NCBI GenBank assembly: GCA_016207605.1 | Contig: JACQPJ010000016.1 | Coordinates: 2,452 to 66,451, forward strand | DNA: 64,000 bases | Direction of reading: 5' to 3' | Origin: Elusimicrobiota bacterium | Lineage (GTDB): Bacteria; Elusimicrobiota; Elusimicrobia; UBA1565; UBA9628 | In this document: positions 1-9,665 of the stretch, piece after piece | Position numbering within the stretch: the first letter of the stretch is position 1 | Layout of the letters: each line of letters begins with the position of its first letter | Notes under the pieces: generated by a model | Told to the model about the DNA's origin: nothing | The model's input: only the letters and a program-made list of their open reading frames with translations | The model's database searches: none | Made by a program: the position numbers and the translations under genes

Positions 1-72
1 ACGCGTTCTGGAGCATCCCAAGATAGACCCCTTTTGGGCGGCCTTCGGCCGCTGGCGCGGCCGCCGGCGGCG

Positions 73-1071
73 TTAAAAATCGTCGGTAAAGCCGACGGCG
101 CCGGTGACGCCAACCTGGTAGGCGGAGACGCGGCGCTCGAAGAAGTTGGCCAGCTCCTGCACGTCCTGGAGCTCCATGAAGTTGAAGGGGTTCCTGGAGT
201 GGAAGACGGGCTTGAGGCCCAGGTTGACCAGGCGCTGGTCGCCGATGTACTGCAGATACTGGCGCATGCCGTTGGCGGAGAGGCCGGCCACGCCCAGGCC
301 GAGGAGGTCCTCGGCGAAGGCCAGCTCGCACTCGATGGCGTCCTTGACCATGTCGACGACGTCGGCCTCCATCTTGGGCGTGAAGAGCGTGGGGTCTTCG
401 GCGCGCGCGGTCTTGATGATCTCGATGGCCGCGGCGATGTGCATGCTCTCGTCGCGGAAGACCCAGTTGGTGCCGCCGGCCAGGCCGTTGAGCAGGCCCT
501 TGGAGCGCAGGAAGTAGACGTAGGCGAAGGCCGCGAAGAAAAAGAGCCCCTCCACGCAGGCGGCAAAGCAGATCAGGTTCATCAGGAAGCGGCGCTTCTT
601 GTCGGGCGAGTCCAGGACGTCGAGCTCTTGGATCGAGTTCATCCACTTGAACATGAAGTCGGCTTTGCGCTTGATGGAAGGGATGTTCTCGATGGCGGCG
701 AAGGCCTTGACGCGCTCGTCGGGCTCGGGGATGTAGGTGTCGAGCAAAGTCAGGTAGAACTCGACGTGAAGCGCCTCCTCGTAGAGCTGGCGCGACAGGT
801 AGAGCCGCGCCTCCGGGGAGTTGACGTGCTTGTAGAGGTTGAGCACGAGATTGTTGCCCACGATGGAGTCGCCCGTGGCGAAGAAGGCGACCAGGCGGTG
901 GATGAGGTGGCGCTCCGCGGGGGAGAGCTTGGCCTTCAGGTCGCCGACGTCGTGCGAGAAGTCCACCTCCTCGACGGTCCAGGTGTTCTTGATGCCGGCC
1001 TTGTACATCTCGAAGAACACGGGGTACTTCATGGGCCGAAGCGTGAGGTTGAAGCCGGGGTCGAGGATCAT
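73..1071 (-). CDS. nrdB: Class I ribonucleoside-diphosphate reductase beta subunit (ferritin-like di-iron protein). The ORF-track N-terminal extension is rejected; start taken at MILDPG.
   Basis: Characteristic R2 sequence; ATG at 1069-1071; lies directly downstream of nrdA with a 13-nt gap. Confidence 0.85.
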   Translation of the reverse strand: MILDPGFNLTLRPMKYPVFFEMYKAGIKNTWTVEEVDFSHDVGDLKAKLSPAERHLIHRLVAFFATGDSIVGNNLVLNLYKHVNSPEARLYLSRQLYEEALHVEFYLTLLDTYIPEPDERVKAFAAIENIPSIKRKADFMFKWMNSIQELDVLDSPDKKRRFLMNLICFAACVEGLFFFAAFAYVYFLRSKGLLNGLAGGTNWVFRDESMHIAAAIEIIKTARAEDPTLFTPKMEADVVDMVKDAIECELAFAEDLLGLGVAGLSANGMRQYLQYIGDQRLVNLGLKPVFHSRNPFNFMELQDVQELANFFERRVSAYQVGVTGAVGFTDDF

Positions 1072-1084
1072 GGGGTCTTTCCGC

Positions 1085-3475
1085 CTACTGGCAGGCCTCG
1101 CAGGTCTCGGGATTGTCCAGCGAGCAGGCGACCTTGTCCCCGTCGGTCTTGGCCTCGGCGGCCGGGGCCGCCGACACGGTCGCCTTGGCGATGCGCGTGG
1201 CCGGGCGGGAGCGCAGGTAGTAGGTCGTCTTGAGGCCCTTCTTCCAGGCGTACATGTACATGGAGGAGAGCTTGCCGATGTTCGGGCTCTCCATGAACAG
1301 GTTGAGCGACTGGCTTTGGTCGATGAAGGCGCCGCGCTCGGCGGCCATGTCCACGATCGAGCGCATCGGGACCTCCCAGACCGTGCGGAAGACGGCGCGC
1401 ACGGCTTCCGGGATCTCGGCGATGTCCTGGATCGAGCCCTCGGCCATCTTGATGCGGTTGCGCATCTCTTCATTCCATAGACCCAGAGCCTTAAGCCGGA
1501 CGACCAAATGCCTATTGATCTGCAAAAACTCGCCGGATAATGTTTCCCGTTTAAACAGATTGGAGACCTGAGGCTCGATGGCCTCGTAGGCTCCGACGAT
1601 GGAGGCGATGGTGGCCGTGGGCGCGATCGCCAGCAGCAGCGAATTGCGCAGGCCCGCTCGCATCATCTCCGCGCGCAGCTTCTCCCAGCGCGCCGAGTCG
1701 GAGGGCGCCGCGCCCCACAGCTCGAACTGGAAGACGCCCTTGGCGGCCTTGGTTTCGGAGAAGGCCGGGTGGGGTCCCTTGAGCGCGGCCAGCTCCACGG
1801 AGGCCGAGAGGGCGTGGAAGTAGATCTCCTCGGCGATGCGGCGGGAGAGCTCGCGCGCCTCCGGCGCGTCGAAGGGCAGGCCGAGCTGGAAGTAGACGTC
1901 CTGCAGGCCCATCACGCCCAGGCCCACGGGCCGCCAGCGCTTGTTGGAGTCCGCGGCGGCCGGGGTGGGGTAGAAGTTGATGTCGATGACGCGGTCCAGG
2001 TACTTGACCGCCGCGCGGACGTTGGAGGCGAGCTTGGCGAAGTCGAAGCGCCCGTCCTCGACGTGCTTGCTCAGGTTGATCGAGCCGAGGTTGCAGACCG
2101 CGGTCTCGCCCTGAGAGGTCACCTCGATGATCTCCGTGCACAGGTTCGAGGAGTGCACGACGTTGGCGGGGGAGCCGGTCTGATTGGCCTTGAGGTTGCT
2201 GGCGTCCTTGAAGTTCATCCAGCCGTTGCCGGTCTCGGCGAGCGTGCGCATCATGCGCGCGTAGAGGTCGCGCGCCTTGACCTGCCGGACGTAGAGCTTC
2301 TTGGCCTCGCCTTCCAGGTACGCCTCCTCGAAGGCCTTGCCGTAGAGGTCGGTGAGCTGGGGCATGACCTTGGGGTCGAAGAGGGACCACGCGCCGTCCT
2401 CCTCGACGCGGCGCATGAAGAGGTCCGGGATCCAGTGCGCCAGGTGCAGGTTGTGCGCGCGGCGCGCGGCGTCACCGGTGTTGTCGCGCAGCTCCAGGAA
2501 CTCCTCGATGTCCGCGTGCCAGGTTTCCAGGTAGACGCAGCAGGCGCCCTTGCGCTTGCCGCCCTGGTTGACCGCCACGACCGAGCTGTCCAGGGTCTTG
2601 AGCCACGGGATGATGCCGTTGGACTGGCCGTTGGTGGAGCGGATCAGCGAGCCGCGCGAGCGGATGCGCGAGTAGGACACGCCGATTCCGCCCGAGAACT
2701 TGGAGAGGAGCGCGATGTCGGTGTAGCGCTTGTAGATCGCCTCGAGATCGTCGACGGGCGAGTCGAGCAGGTAGCAGGAGGACATCTGCGGGTGCTTGGT
2801 GCCCGCGTTGAAGAGAGTGGGGGAGCTGGGCATATGCTCGAAGCGCGAGATCAAGTTGTAGAACTCCACCGCCTCCTGGACGGTCTCGGCCAAGCCGCAG
2901 GCCACGCGCAGGAAGAAGTACTGCGGGGTCTCCAGCACCTCGCGCGTCTCGGGGTTCTTAAGGAGGTAGCGGTCGTAAACGGTGCGCAGGCCGAAGTATT
3001 CGAAGAGATCGTTGCGCGAGATTTCAACGGAGTCGTTGAGCTTGCGCGCGTTGGCCGCGACGAACTGGGCGACGCGCTCGGCGATGAGCCCGTGCCGCGC
3101 GCCGGCCGCGATGGACTGGGAGAAGGAGTGAATGTCCTGGTTCTCGACCTCCTTGTGGATGTAGGTCGCCAGCAGGCGCGCCGCCAGGCGCGAGTATTCC
3201 GGCTCCTCGGCGATCAGCAGGGCCGAGGTCTGGATGGAGAGCGAGTCGAGCTCCCGCGTGGTCGCGCCGTCGTAGAGGCCGCCGATCGTCTTGGTGGCGA
3301 TCTTGAGCACGTCCACGTTGTCGAGGCCCTGGCCGCAGCGCGCGACCGCGCGCACGATCTTGTTGACGTCCACCGGCTCCAGCGAGCCGTTGCGCTTGCG
3401 CACGCGCATCGTGGTGGCGGGGGTCTCCTCGCCCGCGCCGGGCGTCATGGGGGTGGTGCGGCTGGCCGTATTCAT
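1085..3475 (-). CDS. nrdA: Class I ribonucleoside-diphosphate reductase alpha subunit with N-terminal ATP-cone.
   Basis: ATP-cone (VRKRNGSLEPVDVNKI), long R1 body and C-terminal CxxC tail; ATG at 3473-3475 preceded by GGAGG. Confidence 0.85.
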   Translation of the reverse strand: MNTASRTTPMTPGAGEETPATTMRVRKRNGSLEPVDVNKIVRAVARCGQGLDNVDVLKIATKTIGGLYDGATTRELDSLSIQTSALLIAEEPEYSRLAARLLATYIHKEVENQDIHSFSQSIAAGARHGLIAERVAQFVAANARKLNDSVEISRNDLFEYFGLRTVYDRYLLKNPETREVLETPQYFFLRVACGLAETVQEAVEFYNLISRFEHMPSSPTLFNAGTKHPQMSSCYLLDSPVDDLEAIYKRYTDIALLSKFSGGIGVSYSRIRSRGSLIRSTNGQSNGIIPWLKTLDSSVVAVNQGGKRKGACCVYLETWHADIEEFLELRDNTGDAARRAHNLHLAHWIPDLFMRRVEEDGAWSLFDPKVMPQLTDLYGKAFEEAYLEGEAKKLYVRQVKARDLYARMMRTLAETGNGWMNFKDASNLKANQTGSPANVVHSSNLCTEIIEVTSQGETAVCNLGSINLSKHVEDGRFDFAKLASNVRAAVKYLDRVIDINFYPTPAAADSNKRWRPVGLGVMGLQDVYFQLGLPFDAPEARELSRRIAEEIYFHALSASVELAALKGPHPAFSETKAAKGVFQFELWGAAPSDSARWEKLRAEMMRAGLRNSLLLAIAPTATIASIVGAYEAIEPQVSNLFKRETLSGEFLQINRHLVVRLKALGLWNEEMRNRIKMAEGSIQDIAEIPEAVRAVFRTVWEVPMRSIVDMAAERGAFIDQSQSLNLFMESPNIGKLSSMYMYAWKKGLKTTYYLRSRPATRIAKATVSAAPAAEAKTDGDKVACSLDNPETCEACQ

Positions 3476-3568
3476 TCGCTCCTCCGCAAATTCGCTGCGC
3501 TTGTTTCCGTCCGGACCCGCGCGCCTTGAGCGCGCGATTTCGGGCGAGGCACTAGGATAACCGAACAT

Positions 3569-4237
3569 TTGGACTTTGTAAAGCGCTTTGTGCGACAATC
3601 GGCTGACGAGGAGTTTCGAGTGCTTTTGAGTGTCATTTTCTTCATCGTCTTGTCCTTCGCCGGAGGCTGCGGCCGCGACCCTTCGGGCGCGGCACAGACG
3701 CGGCTGCGGAAAGCTTTTCAGCGTCTAGGCGGCGCTCCCTCCGCCGGTCCCCGGCTGCCTGATTTCCAGCTCACCGCCGTCGCCGGCGAAAAGACCGCGC
3801 CGCTCTCCCGCGCCGTGCTTCTCGGCCGCCCCTGGGCCGCGAATTTCATCTACACGCGCTGCGCCGGGCCTTGCCCGATGCTGAGCGCGCGCATGGCTTC
3901 GCTTCAGGCGCGCTTGCCCAAATCCGTCGCGCTGATCTCCTTCACCGTGGATCCCGACCACGACTCCCCTGAAATTTTAGCTGGCTACGCTCGACGCTTC
4001 CGTGCCGATCCCAAGCGCTGGCGCTTCGTCACCGGCAAAAAATCAGCGCTCTTAAATCTTTTCCGCGACGGCTTCCACATCGCCGTCGCGGAGAGCGCGA
4101 GCGCGCCGATCGGCGACAACATCGCCCACAGCACGAAGTTCGTCCTTGTCGACGCGGAGGGCCGCCTGCGCGGCTACTACGACGGCGACGATCCTGCGTC
4201 CCTCGACCGCCTCGTCTCCGACGCGTCGTCGCTCTGA
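3569..4237 (+). CDS. SCO1/SenC family thioredoxin-fold copper chaperone, probable lipoprotein. A GTG start at 3620 is an alternative.
   Basis: CAGPC (CxxxC) motif, PDFxLT start of the mature domain, hydrophobic N-terminus with an FAGGC lipobox-like motif. A copy of the CTAG repeat lies in-frame at 3667-3728. Confidence 0.7.
   Translation: MDFVKRFVRQSADEEFRVLLSVIFFIVLSFAGGCGRDPSGAAQTRLRKAFQRLGGAPSAGPRLPDFQLTAVAGEKTAPLSRAVLLGRPWAANFIYTRCAGPCPMLSARMASLQARLPKSVALISFTVDPDHDSPEILAGYARRFRADPKRWRFVTGKKSALLNLFRDGFHIAVAESASAPIGDNIAHSTKFVLVDAEGRLRGYYDGDDPASLDRLVSDASSL
3667..3728 (+). repeat. Copy A of the ~60-bp CTAG-bounded repeat family, in-frame inside the sco1-like CDS; left terminus degenerate (CTGC instead of CTAG).
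   Basis: Aligned by eye to copies at 8840, 8896, 25241 and 52012. Shared core GCGACCCTTCGGGCGCGGCACAGAYGCG...GGAAAGC..TAGCGTCTAG. Confidence 0.7.
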
Positions 4238-4253
4238 CGCACTAACGGATGGT

Positions 4254-4757
4254 TCAGCGCGAGGCCGTCAGGCGCTCGATGACGTCTTTGGCTTGGGGGA
4301 ATTGTCCGAGCAACTCCTGGCGGTCTCCTAGTTCGAAGTCGGCGAAATCGAAGCCAGGAGCGACGGTGCAGCCGACGAAGGAGTAGGCGCTCCCGGCGCC
4401 GGGATAGGCGCCGAACCAACAGCCGGCGGGGACGACGTGCTGCAATTTCTGGCCGGCCTTGAAATCGGGGCCCATCATCACGGTTTTGATGCGTCCCGAG
4501 GGGAATAACTGGATGAGAGTCAGCGGACCGCCTTGGTAGAAATGCCAGACCTCATCCGACTTGATGCGATGCAGGCGGGGCTTGGAGCCTTGCGGAAGGA
4601 GAAAATAGATCGCCGTGGAGTAGCTTCGAGTTCCCTGGAAGTCCTTGGGCAAGGACTCGGCGGAGATAGTTCCCTTGGAGCGGTAGGACTCCTTGAAGTA
4701 GCCCCCCTCGGGATGGGATTGAAGGCCGTAGGCCTTCACTAATTCGGGGACGGTCAT
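4254..4757 (-). CDS. Cupin-fold protein, DUF985-like.
   Basis: 167-aa ORF with a cupin-like beta-rich sequence; ATG at 4755-4757. Confidence 0.55.
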   Translation of the reverse strand: MTVPELVKAYGLQSHPEGGYFKESYRSKGTISAESLPKDFQGTRSYSTAIYFLLPQGSKPRLHRIKSDEVWHFYQGGPLTLIQLFPSGRIKTVMMGPDFKAGQKLQHVVPAGCWFGAYPGAGSAYSFVGCTVAPGFDFADFELGDRQELLGQFPQAKDVIERLTASR

Positions 4758-4764
4758 GGATATT

Positions 4765-5949
4765 TTATACCAGGGCGGTCAGGAATTTATCCGCGCTGAT
4801 GACGCGCACGTCGTCCTTTATATAATCCTCTCCGGGCGCGCGGACCACTTGGTAGGACAGCGGCAGGCCCAGCTTTGCCTTGAAGTGGAGCAGGGGTCTG
4901 GAGAGGTCGCGCGCAGAGAGCTTCGCCTCGACGCAGAACCAGGGCTTGTCGTCCACCGCGACCAAGAAATCGACCTCGCGGCCCTCGACGTCCCGGAGGA
5001 AGCGAAGCTCCGCGCGGATTCCCTCGGCGTCATGGAGGTAGTGGCAGAACTTCAGCAGGTGCGACGCGATGAGATTTTCGAACCGCGGCCCCGTCTCCGC
5101 CACCTCGGACCAGTCCCAGAGATACAGCTTGGGCTCCTTGCGCAGGGCCTTGATTCGCGTGCTTTGCTGAGGGCGGATGCGGAAGTGGTAGTAGAACCGC
5201 TCCAGCACATCGACCCAGGCGGCGGCGGTCTCGTGCGCGACGGCGAGGTCTTCTCGAAGAGAGTTGACGGAAAGCAGGCCGCCGATCTTTTCCGGAAGCA
5301 GATGGACCAGCGTCTCGACGCCGGAGAGGTCTCTGAGATTTTCGATGTCGCGGATGTCTTCCCGCACGAGCGCGTCCAAACGCTGGTTGTGCCAGCGTCG
5401 GAGGGCCTTTTCCGTTCCCTTCAAGAAAATCTCGGGGAAGCCTCCGAATTTCATCAGGCGGTCGAGAGCGTCGCGGGTTTGGCTCGTCGAGTCGTCAAAA
5501 TCCAGGGCGCGGCCGACGAGCGGGCTTGGCGGCGCGTTTTTAGCCGCAATTTCGCGCAAGGATAGCGGGTGAAGGCGGTAGTGATGGTATCGGCCCAGCA
5601 GGGAATCGCCGCCCTTGCGGTAGACATCCAGCCTGGAACTGCCGGTGACGACAATCTTGTGCCGCGCCCGGTGCTTGTCGAAGAAGCCCTTGATGAAGGT
5701 TTTCCACCGCCGGTATTTGTGGAGCTCGTCGAAGATCAGGAGCGTCTCGTCCGCTGCGAAAGTTCCCGTGAGAATCCGTTTCGCGTCTTCCCGGTCATCC
5801 CAATTGAGATATCGAAAGCGGTTCTTGAAGCTGTCTTGGCCGATCGTTCTTGCCAGCGTCGTTTTGCCGACCTGACGGGGTCCCCCGATGAAGGTCATTT
5901 TCTCCGCCAAATCGCTAAGAATAGACTTTTCTATGTAACGAGTGAGCAT
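4765..5949 (-). CDS. AAA+ ATPase with a C-terminal DUF4143-like region.
   Basis: Walker A GGPRQVGKTT, Walker B LLIFDELH; size and architecture typical of the AAA_14/DUF4143 family. Confidence 0.7.
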   Translation of the reverse strand: MLTRYIEKSILSDLAEKMTFIGGPRQVGKTTLARTIGQDSFKNRFRYLNWDDREDAKRILTGTFAADETLLIFDELHKYRRWKTFIKGFFDKHRARHKIVVTGSSRLDVYRKGGDSLLGRYHHYRLHPLSLREIAAKNAPPSPLVGRALDFDDSTSQTRDALDRLMKFGGFPEIFLKGTEKALRRWHNQRLDALVREDIRDIENLRDLSGVETLVHLLPEKIGGLLSVNSLREDLAVAHETAAAWVDVLERFYYHFRIRPQQSTRIKALRKEPKLYLWDWSEVAETGPRFENLIASHLLKFCHYLHDAEGIRAELRFLRDVEGREVDFLVAVDDKPWFCVEAKLSARDLSRPLLHFKAKLGLPLSYQVVRAPGEDYIKDDVRVISADKFLTALV

Positions 5950-6030
5950 TCTTTCTCCAACAATTTAGACCATAGTATAAAATTATTGCCAATTTATTCT
6001 ACTATGGCAGAATAAATTTAAGGTCGACGG
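5950..6030. promoter_or_regulatory. Strongly AT-rich 80-bp intergenic island containing the inverted repeat CCATAGTA-n22-TACTATGG.
   Basis: Roughly 30% GC against a roughly 70% GC background; sits directly upstream of the AAA ATPase start on the minus strand. Confidence 0.3.
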
Positions 6031-6813
6031 CTAAAGCTTGACGCCAAGGCGCGGGTCGGCGATGATCTCGTCGAAGGCGGCGGGGGGGTAGGCGCCGCGC
6101 AGCGGGACGCCGTTGACGAGGAAGCCGGGGGTGCCGGCGAAGCCAAACTGGCGGCCTTCCTCTATATCAGCGTCGATCTTGGACTGGACGGCCTTGCTCT
6201 TGGCGTCCTGGGCGGCCTTGGCGGGATCTAAGCCCAGGTCCTTGACGGTCTTGCGGTAGAAATCCTCGCCGAGCTTGTCTTGGTTCGAGAACATCTTATC
6301 GTGGAAGAGCCAGGCCTTTTCGGGAGATTGGAGGGTGACGGCCTCCATCCACTGGGCGGCGGGCCGGGCTTGCGGATGGAGTTCGCTCAGCGGCATGTGC
6401 TTGAAGACGAAGCGCATCTTGGCGCCGTATTTCCGACGCACTTGCTCGACATTTGGGTAGCTGCGGCCGCAGGGGGGGCACTGGAAATCGGCATACTCCA
6501 CGACGGTGATGGGCGCTTCTCTTGAGCCGCGGACGCGGGTTTTGGCGTCGATGGCGGGTTTGTAGGGGGTCTTGAACGCCGCGTCGCGCTCCCTCTTCTC
6601 GCGCTCCTGCTCCTGCTGGGCCTGCTGAATCTGGTATTCGCGCTGGGAGTCGATGACGAGCTGGAAGAACTCGGCCTTCTTCGACTTCTTGAGGGCGGAG
6701 AGCACTAGGTCGGGGTTGTCGTCGAGCGCCTTCTGGAGTTCCTCCCGGCTGACGGCCGCCAGGGAGGGGGAGGCGAGCGCGGCGCACAGCGCGGCGGCGG
6801 CGAAGCGGTTCAT
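6031..6813 (-). CDS. DsbA-family thiol:disulfide oxidoreductase, secreted.
   Basis: Signal peptide, CPPC active-site motif, thioredoxin-fold length. Confidence 0.7.
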   Translation of the reverse strand: MNRFAAAALCAALASPSLAAVSREELQKALDDNPDLVLSALKKSKKAEFFQLVIDSQREYQIQQAQQEQEREKRERDAAFKTPYKPAIDAKTRVRGSREAPITVVEYADFQCPPCGRSYPNVEQVRRKYGAKMRFVFKHMPLSELHPQARPAAQWMEAVTLQSPEKAWLFHDKMFSNQDKLGEDFYRKTVKDLGLDPAKAAQDAKSKAVQSKIDADIEEGRQFGFAGTPGFLVNGVPLRGAYPPAAFDEIIADPRLGVKL

Positions 6814-6868
6814 GATGATCTCCTTTGCGACGCGGCAAAGCCGCCCGAGGATATCATTTTTACGGTGT

Positions 6869-6904
6869 GTCCCCGCCCGCTCCCGCGCGGGAGCGGGCGG
6901 GGAC
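6869..6904. terminator. Perfect 36-bp GC palindrome (GTCCCCGCCCGCTCCCGCG/CGCGGGAGCGGGCGGGGAC) just past the 3' end of the TetR gene; terminator-like hairpin without a canonical U-tract.
   Basis: Read directly from the sequence; a T-run precedes it on the + strand. Confidence 0.4.
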
Positions 6905-6935
6905 GATTGCGGCGGGTCAGCACCCGCAGGGGGTC

Positions 6936-7562
6936 TTAGGTCCCATGTCGTTGTCTCCTCCTATTCGCGGCTTTATGCGTCTCCAGAATCGAGCGGGCGA
7001 CGGCGCCCACCCGCCGGAAGATCGTGGGGTCGCGCTGCGTCCGGGCGAGCATGATCGCGCCCTCGTAGAGGGAGGCGATCGCCTCCGCGGCGGCGCGCGC
7101 GTCCAAATCGGCGTCGAAATAGCCCGCAGCCTTGCGGCGCTCCAGGCAGGCGGTCATGCCCGCGGTCCACTCCGCGAAGAAGCGGCCCACGCGGTTTCGA
7201 AACGCCTCGCTCTGGTCGCTCATCTCCAGGGCGATGTTGCCCATGAAGCAGCCCGCCTTGCAGCCGTTGCCGCCGAAAAGCTTCGCGGCGTCCTGGAACA
7301 TCTGGGCCACGGCCTGCTCTGGCGCGTCCTGCGTGCACAGCGGCGCGACCCGGCGCGAGCGGAACTCCTCGATCTTGTAGTCGAGCACGGCCAGCGCCAG
7401 CTCCGCCTTGGAACCGTAGTGGTGGAAGACGTTGGCCTTGGTCGTCTTGCAGGCCTCGGCGATCTCCTCCATGCATGCGGCGCCGTAGCCCTTGAGGTGG
7501 AGCACGTGCTCCGCCTCCTTCAGGATGCGTTCCCGCGCGGCGACGTTTGGTTTTCGTCCCAT
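6936..7562 (-). CDS. TetR/AcrR family transcriptional regulator; start trimmed to MGRKPNV.
   Basis: N-terminal HTH (TTKANVFHHYGSKAEL) typical of TetR; ATG at 7560-7562. Confidence 0.75.
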   Translation of the reverse strand: MGRKPNVAARERILKEAEHVLHLKGYGAACMEEIAEACKTTKANVFHHYGSKAELALAVLDYKIEEFRSRRVAPLCTQDAPEQAVAQMFQDAAKLFGGNGCKAGCFMGNIALEMSDQSEAFRNRVGRFFAEWTAGMTACLERRKAAGYFDADLDARAAAEAIASLYEGAIMLARTQRDPTIFRRVGAVARSILETHKAANRRRQRHGT

Positions 7563-7564
7563 AG

Positions 7565-7590
7565 ATTGACTGACCGTCCGGTCAATCAAA
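7565..7590. promoter_or_regulatory. Candidate TetR operator: near-perfect palindrome ATTGAYTGACCG-tc-CGGTCAATCAAT abutting the tetR start codon.
   Basis: 11 of 12 bases match in the inverted arms, immediately 5' of the TetR start; an autoregulatory operator arrangement is typical for TetR regulators. Confidence 0.4.
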
Positions 7591-7626
7591 TAATGGCACA
7601 ACAGTCCGGTTCCTGTCAAGGCCCGT

Positions 7627-8736
7627 TCAGCGGGAAGGCCAGGGCGTCGGCTCGGAGCCGATGCCGGCGCGCACGCGGGAGAGGTCGTAGACGCCGCCGC
7701 GGCCGAGGCGGACGCCGCGCGCCGGGTCCTTCTTGAGCCAGAGGGGGGTGTCGAGGTCGATGAAGCGAAAACCGCCCAGGCCGGCGGCGAAGTGCGCGGC
7801 GCAAGACATCGCCAGCGACGTCTCGATCATGCCGCTGATCATGAGGCCCAGCCCCTGGGCGCGCGCGATCAAGGCGACGTCCCAGGCCTCCAAGATCCCC
7901 ATCTTCATGAACTTGACCACGAGGACGGAGGCCGCCTTGCGTCGGGCGAGCCCCAGGGCGTCGGCGCGCCCGCGCAGGGACTCGTCGGCGGCCACGGGCA
8001 CGCCCCCGCGCCGCGCCACGGCGGCCAGGCCGTCCCAGTCGTCGGCGGCCGCGGGCTGCTCGAAGAGGGAGGGGCGCAGGTTCGCGGCCTTGAGCGCGCG
8101 CAGGAGGGCGAGCGACTCGCGCGGGCCGTAGCCCTGGTTGGCATCGAGCGTGAAACGCGCGGCCGGGTGCGCGGCGCAGGCCGCGGCGACGCGCGCGGCG
8201 TCTTCCTGGATGTCGCGTCCCACCTTGATCTTCATGGTCCGCACGCCCAAGGCGCGGATGCGCCGCGCCGCGGCGGCCGCGGCCTCGGGGGAGCCGAGAG
8301 TCACGGTCACGTCGCTGAACACTTCCGTCTCGGCCCCGCCGAAGAGGATGCGCAAAGGAATCCTCGCGCGCTTGGTCCAGGCGTCGAGCAAGGCCATGCC
8401 GAGAGCGGCGCGCGCCGCGCCTGCGCCCTGGGGCAGGGCCTCCTCCAGCTCCTCAAGCCGCGCGCGCCACGCCGAGGCGTCTTGTCCCAGCCAGCGCTTG
8501 CCTGCCCTGTGCGCGGCGGCCAAGGCGCCCGCGGCCGTCTCGCCGTTGAAGGCCGGCAGAGGGGAAGCCTCCCCGTAGCCCGTCGTCCCGTCGCGCAGGC
8601 GCAGGCGCACGAACGCGCCCTCGTGAACGGCCGTCGCGCCGCCGGCGATCTCGAAGGGTTCGTTGAGCTCGGCGCGGAAAGGCCGCGCGTCCAGCGCCAC
8701 GATCTCGGCGGCGAGGGCTTGTCTCACGCGGGCCAT
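7627..8736 (-). CDS. Enolase-superfamily enzyme (mandelate racemase / muconate lactonizing / dipeptide epimerase type).
   Basis: KxK motif (KIKVG), barrel-domain acid residues, length around 370 aa. Confidence 0.6.
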   Translation of the reverse strand: MARVRQALAAEIVALDARPFRAELNEPFEIAGGATAVHEGAFVRLRLRDGTTGYGEASPLPAFNGETAAGALAAAHRAGKRWLGQDASAWRARLEELEEALPQGAGAARAALGMALLDAWTKRARIPLRILFGGAETEVFSDVTVTLGSPEAAAAAARRIRALGVRTMKIKVGRDIQEDAARVAAACAAHPAARFTLDANQGYGPRESLALLRALKAANLRPSLFEQPAAADDWDGLAAVARRGGVPVAADESLRGRADALGLARRKAASVLVVKFMKMGILEAWDVALIARAQGLGLMISGMIETSLAMSCAAHFAAGLGGFRFIDLDTPLWLKKDPARGVRLGRGGVYDLSRVRAGIGSEPTPWPSR

Positions 8737-8839
8737 TGTAGCCTTCCTACGGGCATCGAATCCGTCGCGGTCCAGGGTCAAAAGGCCTAGCCAGACCTAG
8801 GTCTTTTGACCCTTCTTTCCAGATGCATTTGGCCGCACC

Positions 8840-8956
8840 CTAGATGCTATGAGCCTTTCCTCAACGCATCTGTGCCGAGCCCGAAGGGTCGAGGCCTAGA
8901 TGCTAAAAGGCATTCCTCTCCTACATCTGTGCCGAGCCCGAAGGGTCGAGGCCTAG
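8840..8956. repeat. Two tandem copies (8840-8899 and 8896-8956, sharing a CTAG) of the ~60-bp CTAG-bounded repeat, in the divergent intergenic region.
   Basis: Direct tandem duplication visible in the sequence; reverse-complement orientation relative to copies A, C and D. Confidence 0.75.
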
Positions 8957-8963
8957 GGAACCC

Positions 8964-9665
8964 ATGCGCGCGCTTCTCGCCGCCTCGCTCGTGTCCCTGG
9001 GACTGTCCGCCTACGGGGAGGAGTTTCCGGCGGCCGTCGGCCGCGCCTCGGCGGGATTTGGAGACTCGCTGCGCCGAGCCCGCGACGAGGAGCTTAAACG
9101 GCACGAGAAGAATCTTATATTGGAACAAATGCGGGGCGATTCCTCCCGGGATGCGACCTTGTGGGCGTTCAGCTACAGGTCGGGAGACCCGGACGAGGAC
9201 ATGTTCTCCGATCGCGTGAACACGGCGTTTTGGGACAGCGCCTTGCCCAACAAAATTTTGGTCTTTGCCGAGAATGCCGCCGGACTCGACGAGCAGATTC
9301 GCGGGACGTACGATGGGGGGCGCCGGTTGCGCAGGCTGGTGATCCTCTCCCAGGGGGCTTCGACTCTCGTCGAGAGCCTGCGCGCGGCCAATCCTCGCGC
9401 TCCCGGGCCGCGGGGCCTGGACCGAGCCTTCGCCCCAGGAGCCGAGATTTTTCTCCAGGCTCCTTGCGTCGGATCCGACGGCGCGCAAGCCAGGTTCATG
9501 GTCCGCGTCGGCAGAAAGTATCTCTCGCGAAACGGCGGCTGGGTCGCGGCGCCGCGCGGGGCCTGTGATTGGAAGACGGGGATCTTGGGCTCGGGCAAAG
9601 GTTATCTCCGGTGCCTCGTTCGACCGGGAGGGACGGTCGAGTTCGCCGAGAACGTGGACTTGTGA
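8964..9665 (+). CDS. Hypothetical secreted protein.
   Basis: Signal-peptide-like N-terminus (MRALLAASLVSLGLSAYG); no recognised domain. Confidence 0.4.
   Translation: MRALLAASLVSLGLSAYGEEFPAAVGRASAGFGDSLRRARDEELKRHEKNLILEQMRGDSSRDATLWAFSYRSGDPDEDMFSDRVNTAFWDSALPNKILVFAENAAGLDEQIRGTYDGGRRLRRLVILSQGASTLVESLRAANPRAPGPRGLDRAFAPGAEIFLQAPCVGSDGAQARFMVRVGRKYLSRNGGWVAAPRGACDWKTGILGSGKGYLRCLVRPGGTVEFAENVDL

Noticed and set aside
73-1473. The 466-aa extended NrdB ORF and the 837-aa extended NrdA ORF from the track.
   Set aside because: The N-terminal extensions are Arg/Pro/Ser-rich and overlap the neighbouring gene; the conserved protein begins at internal Met codons that have an RBS.
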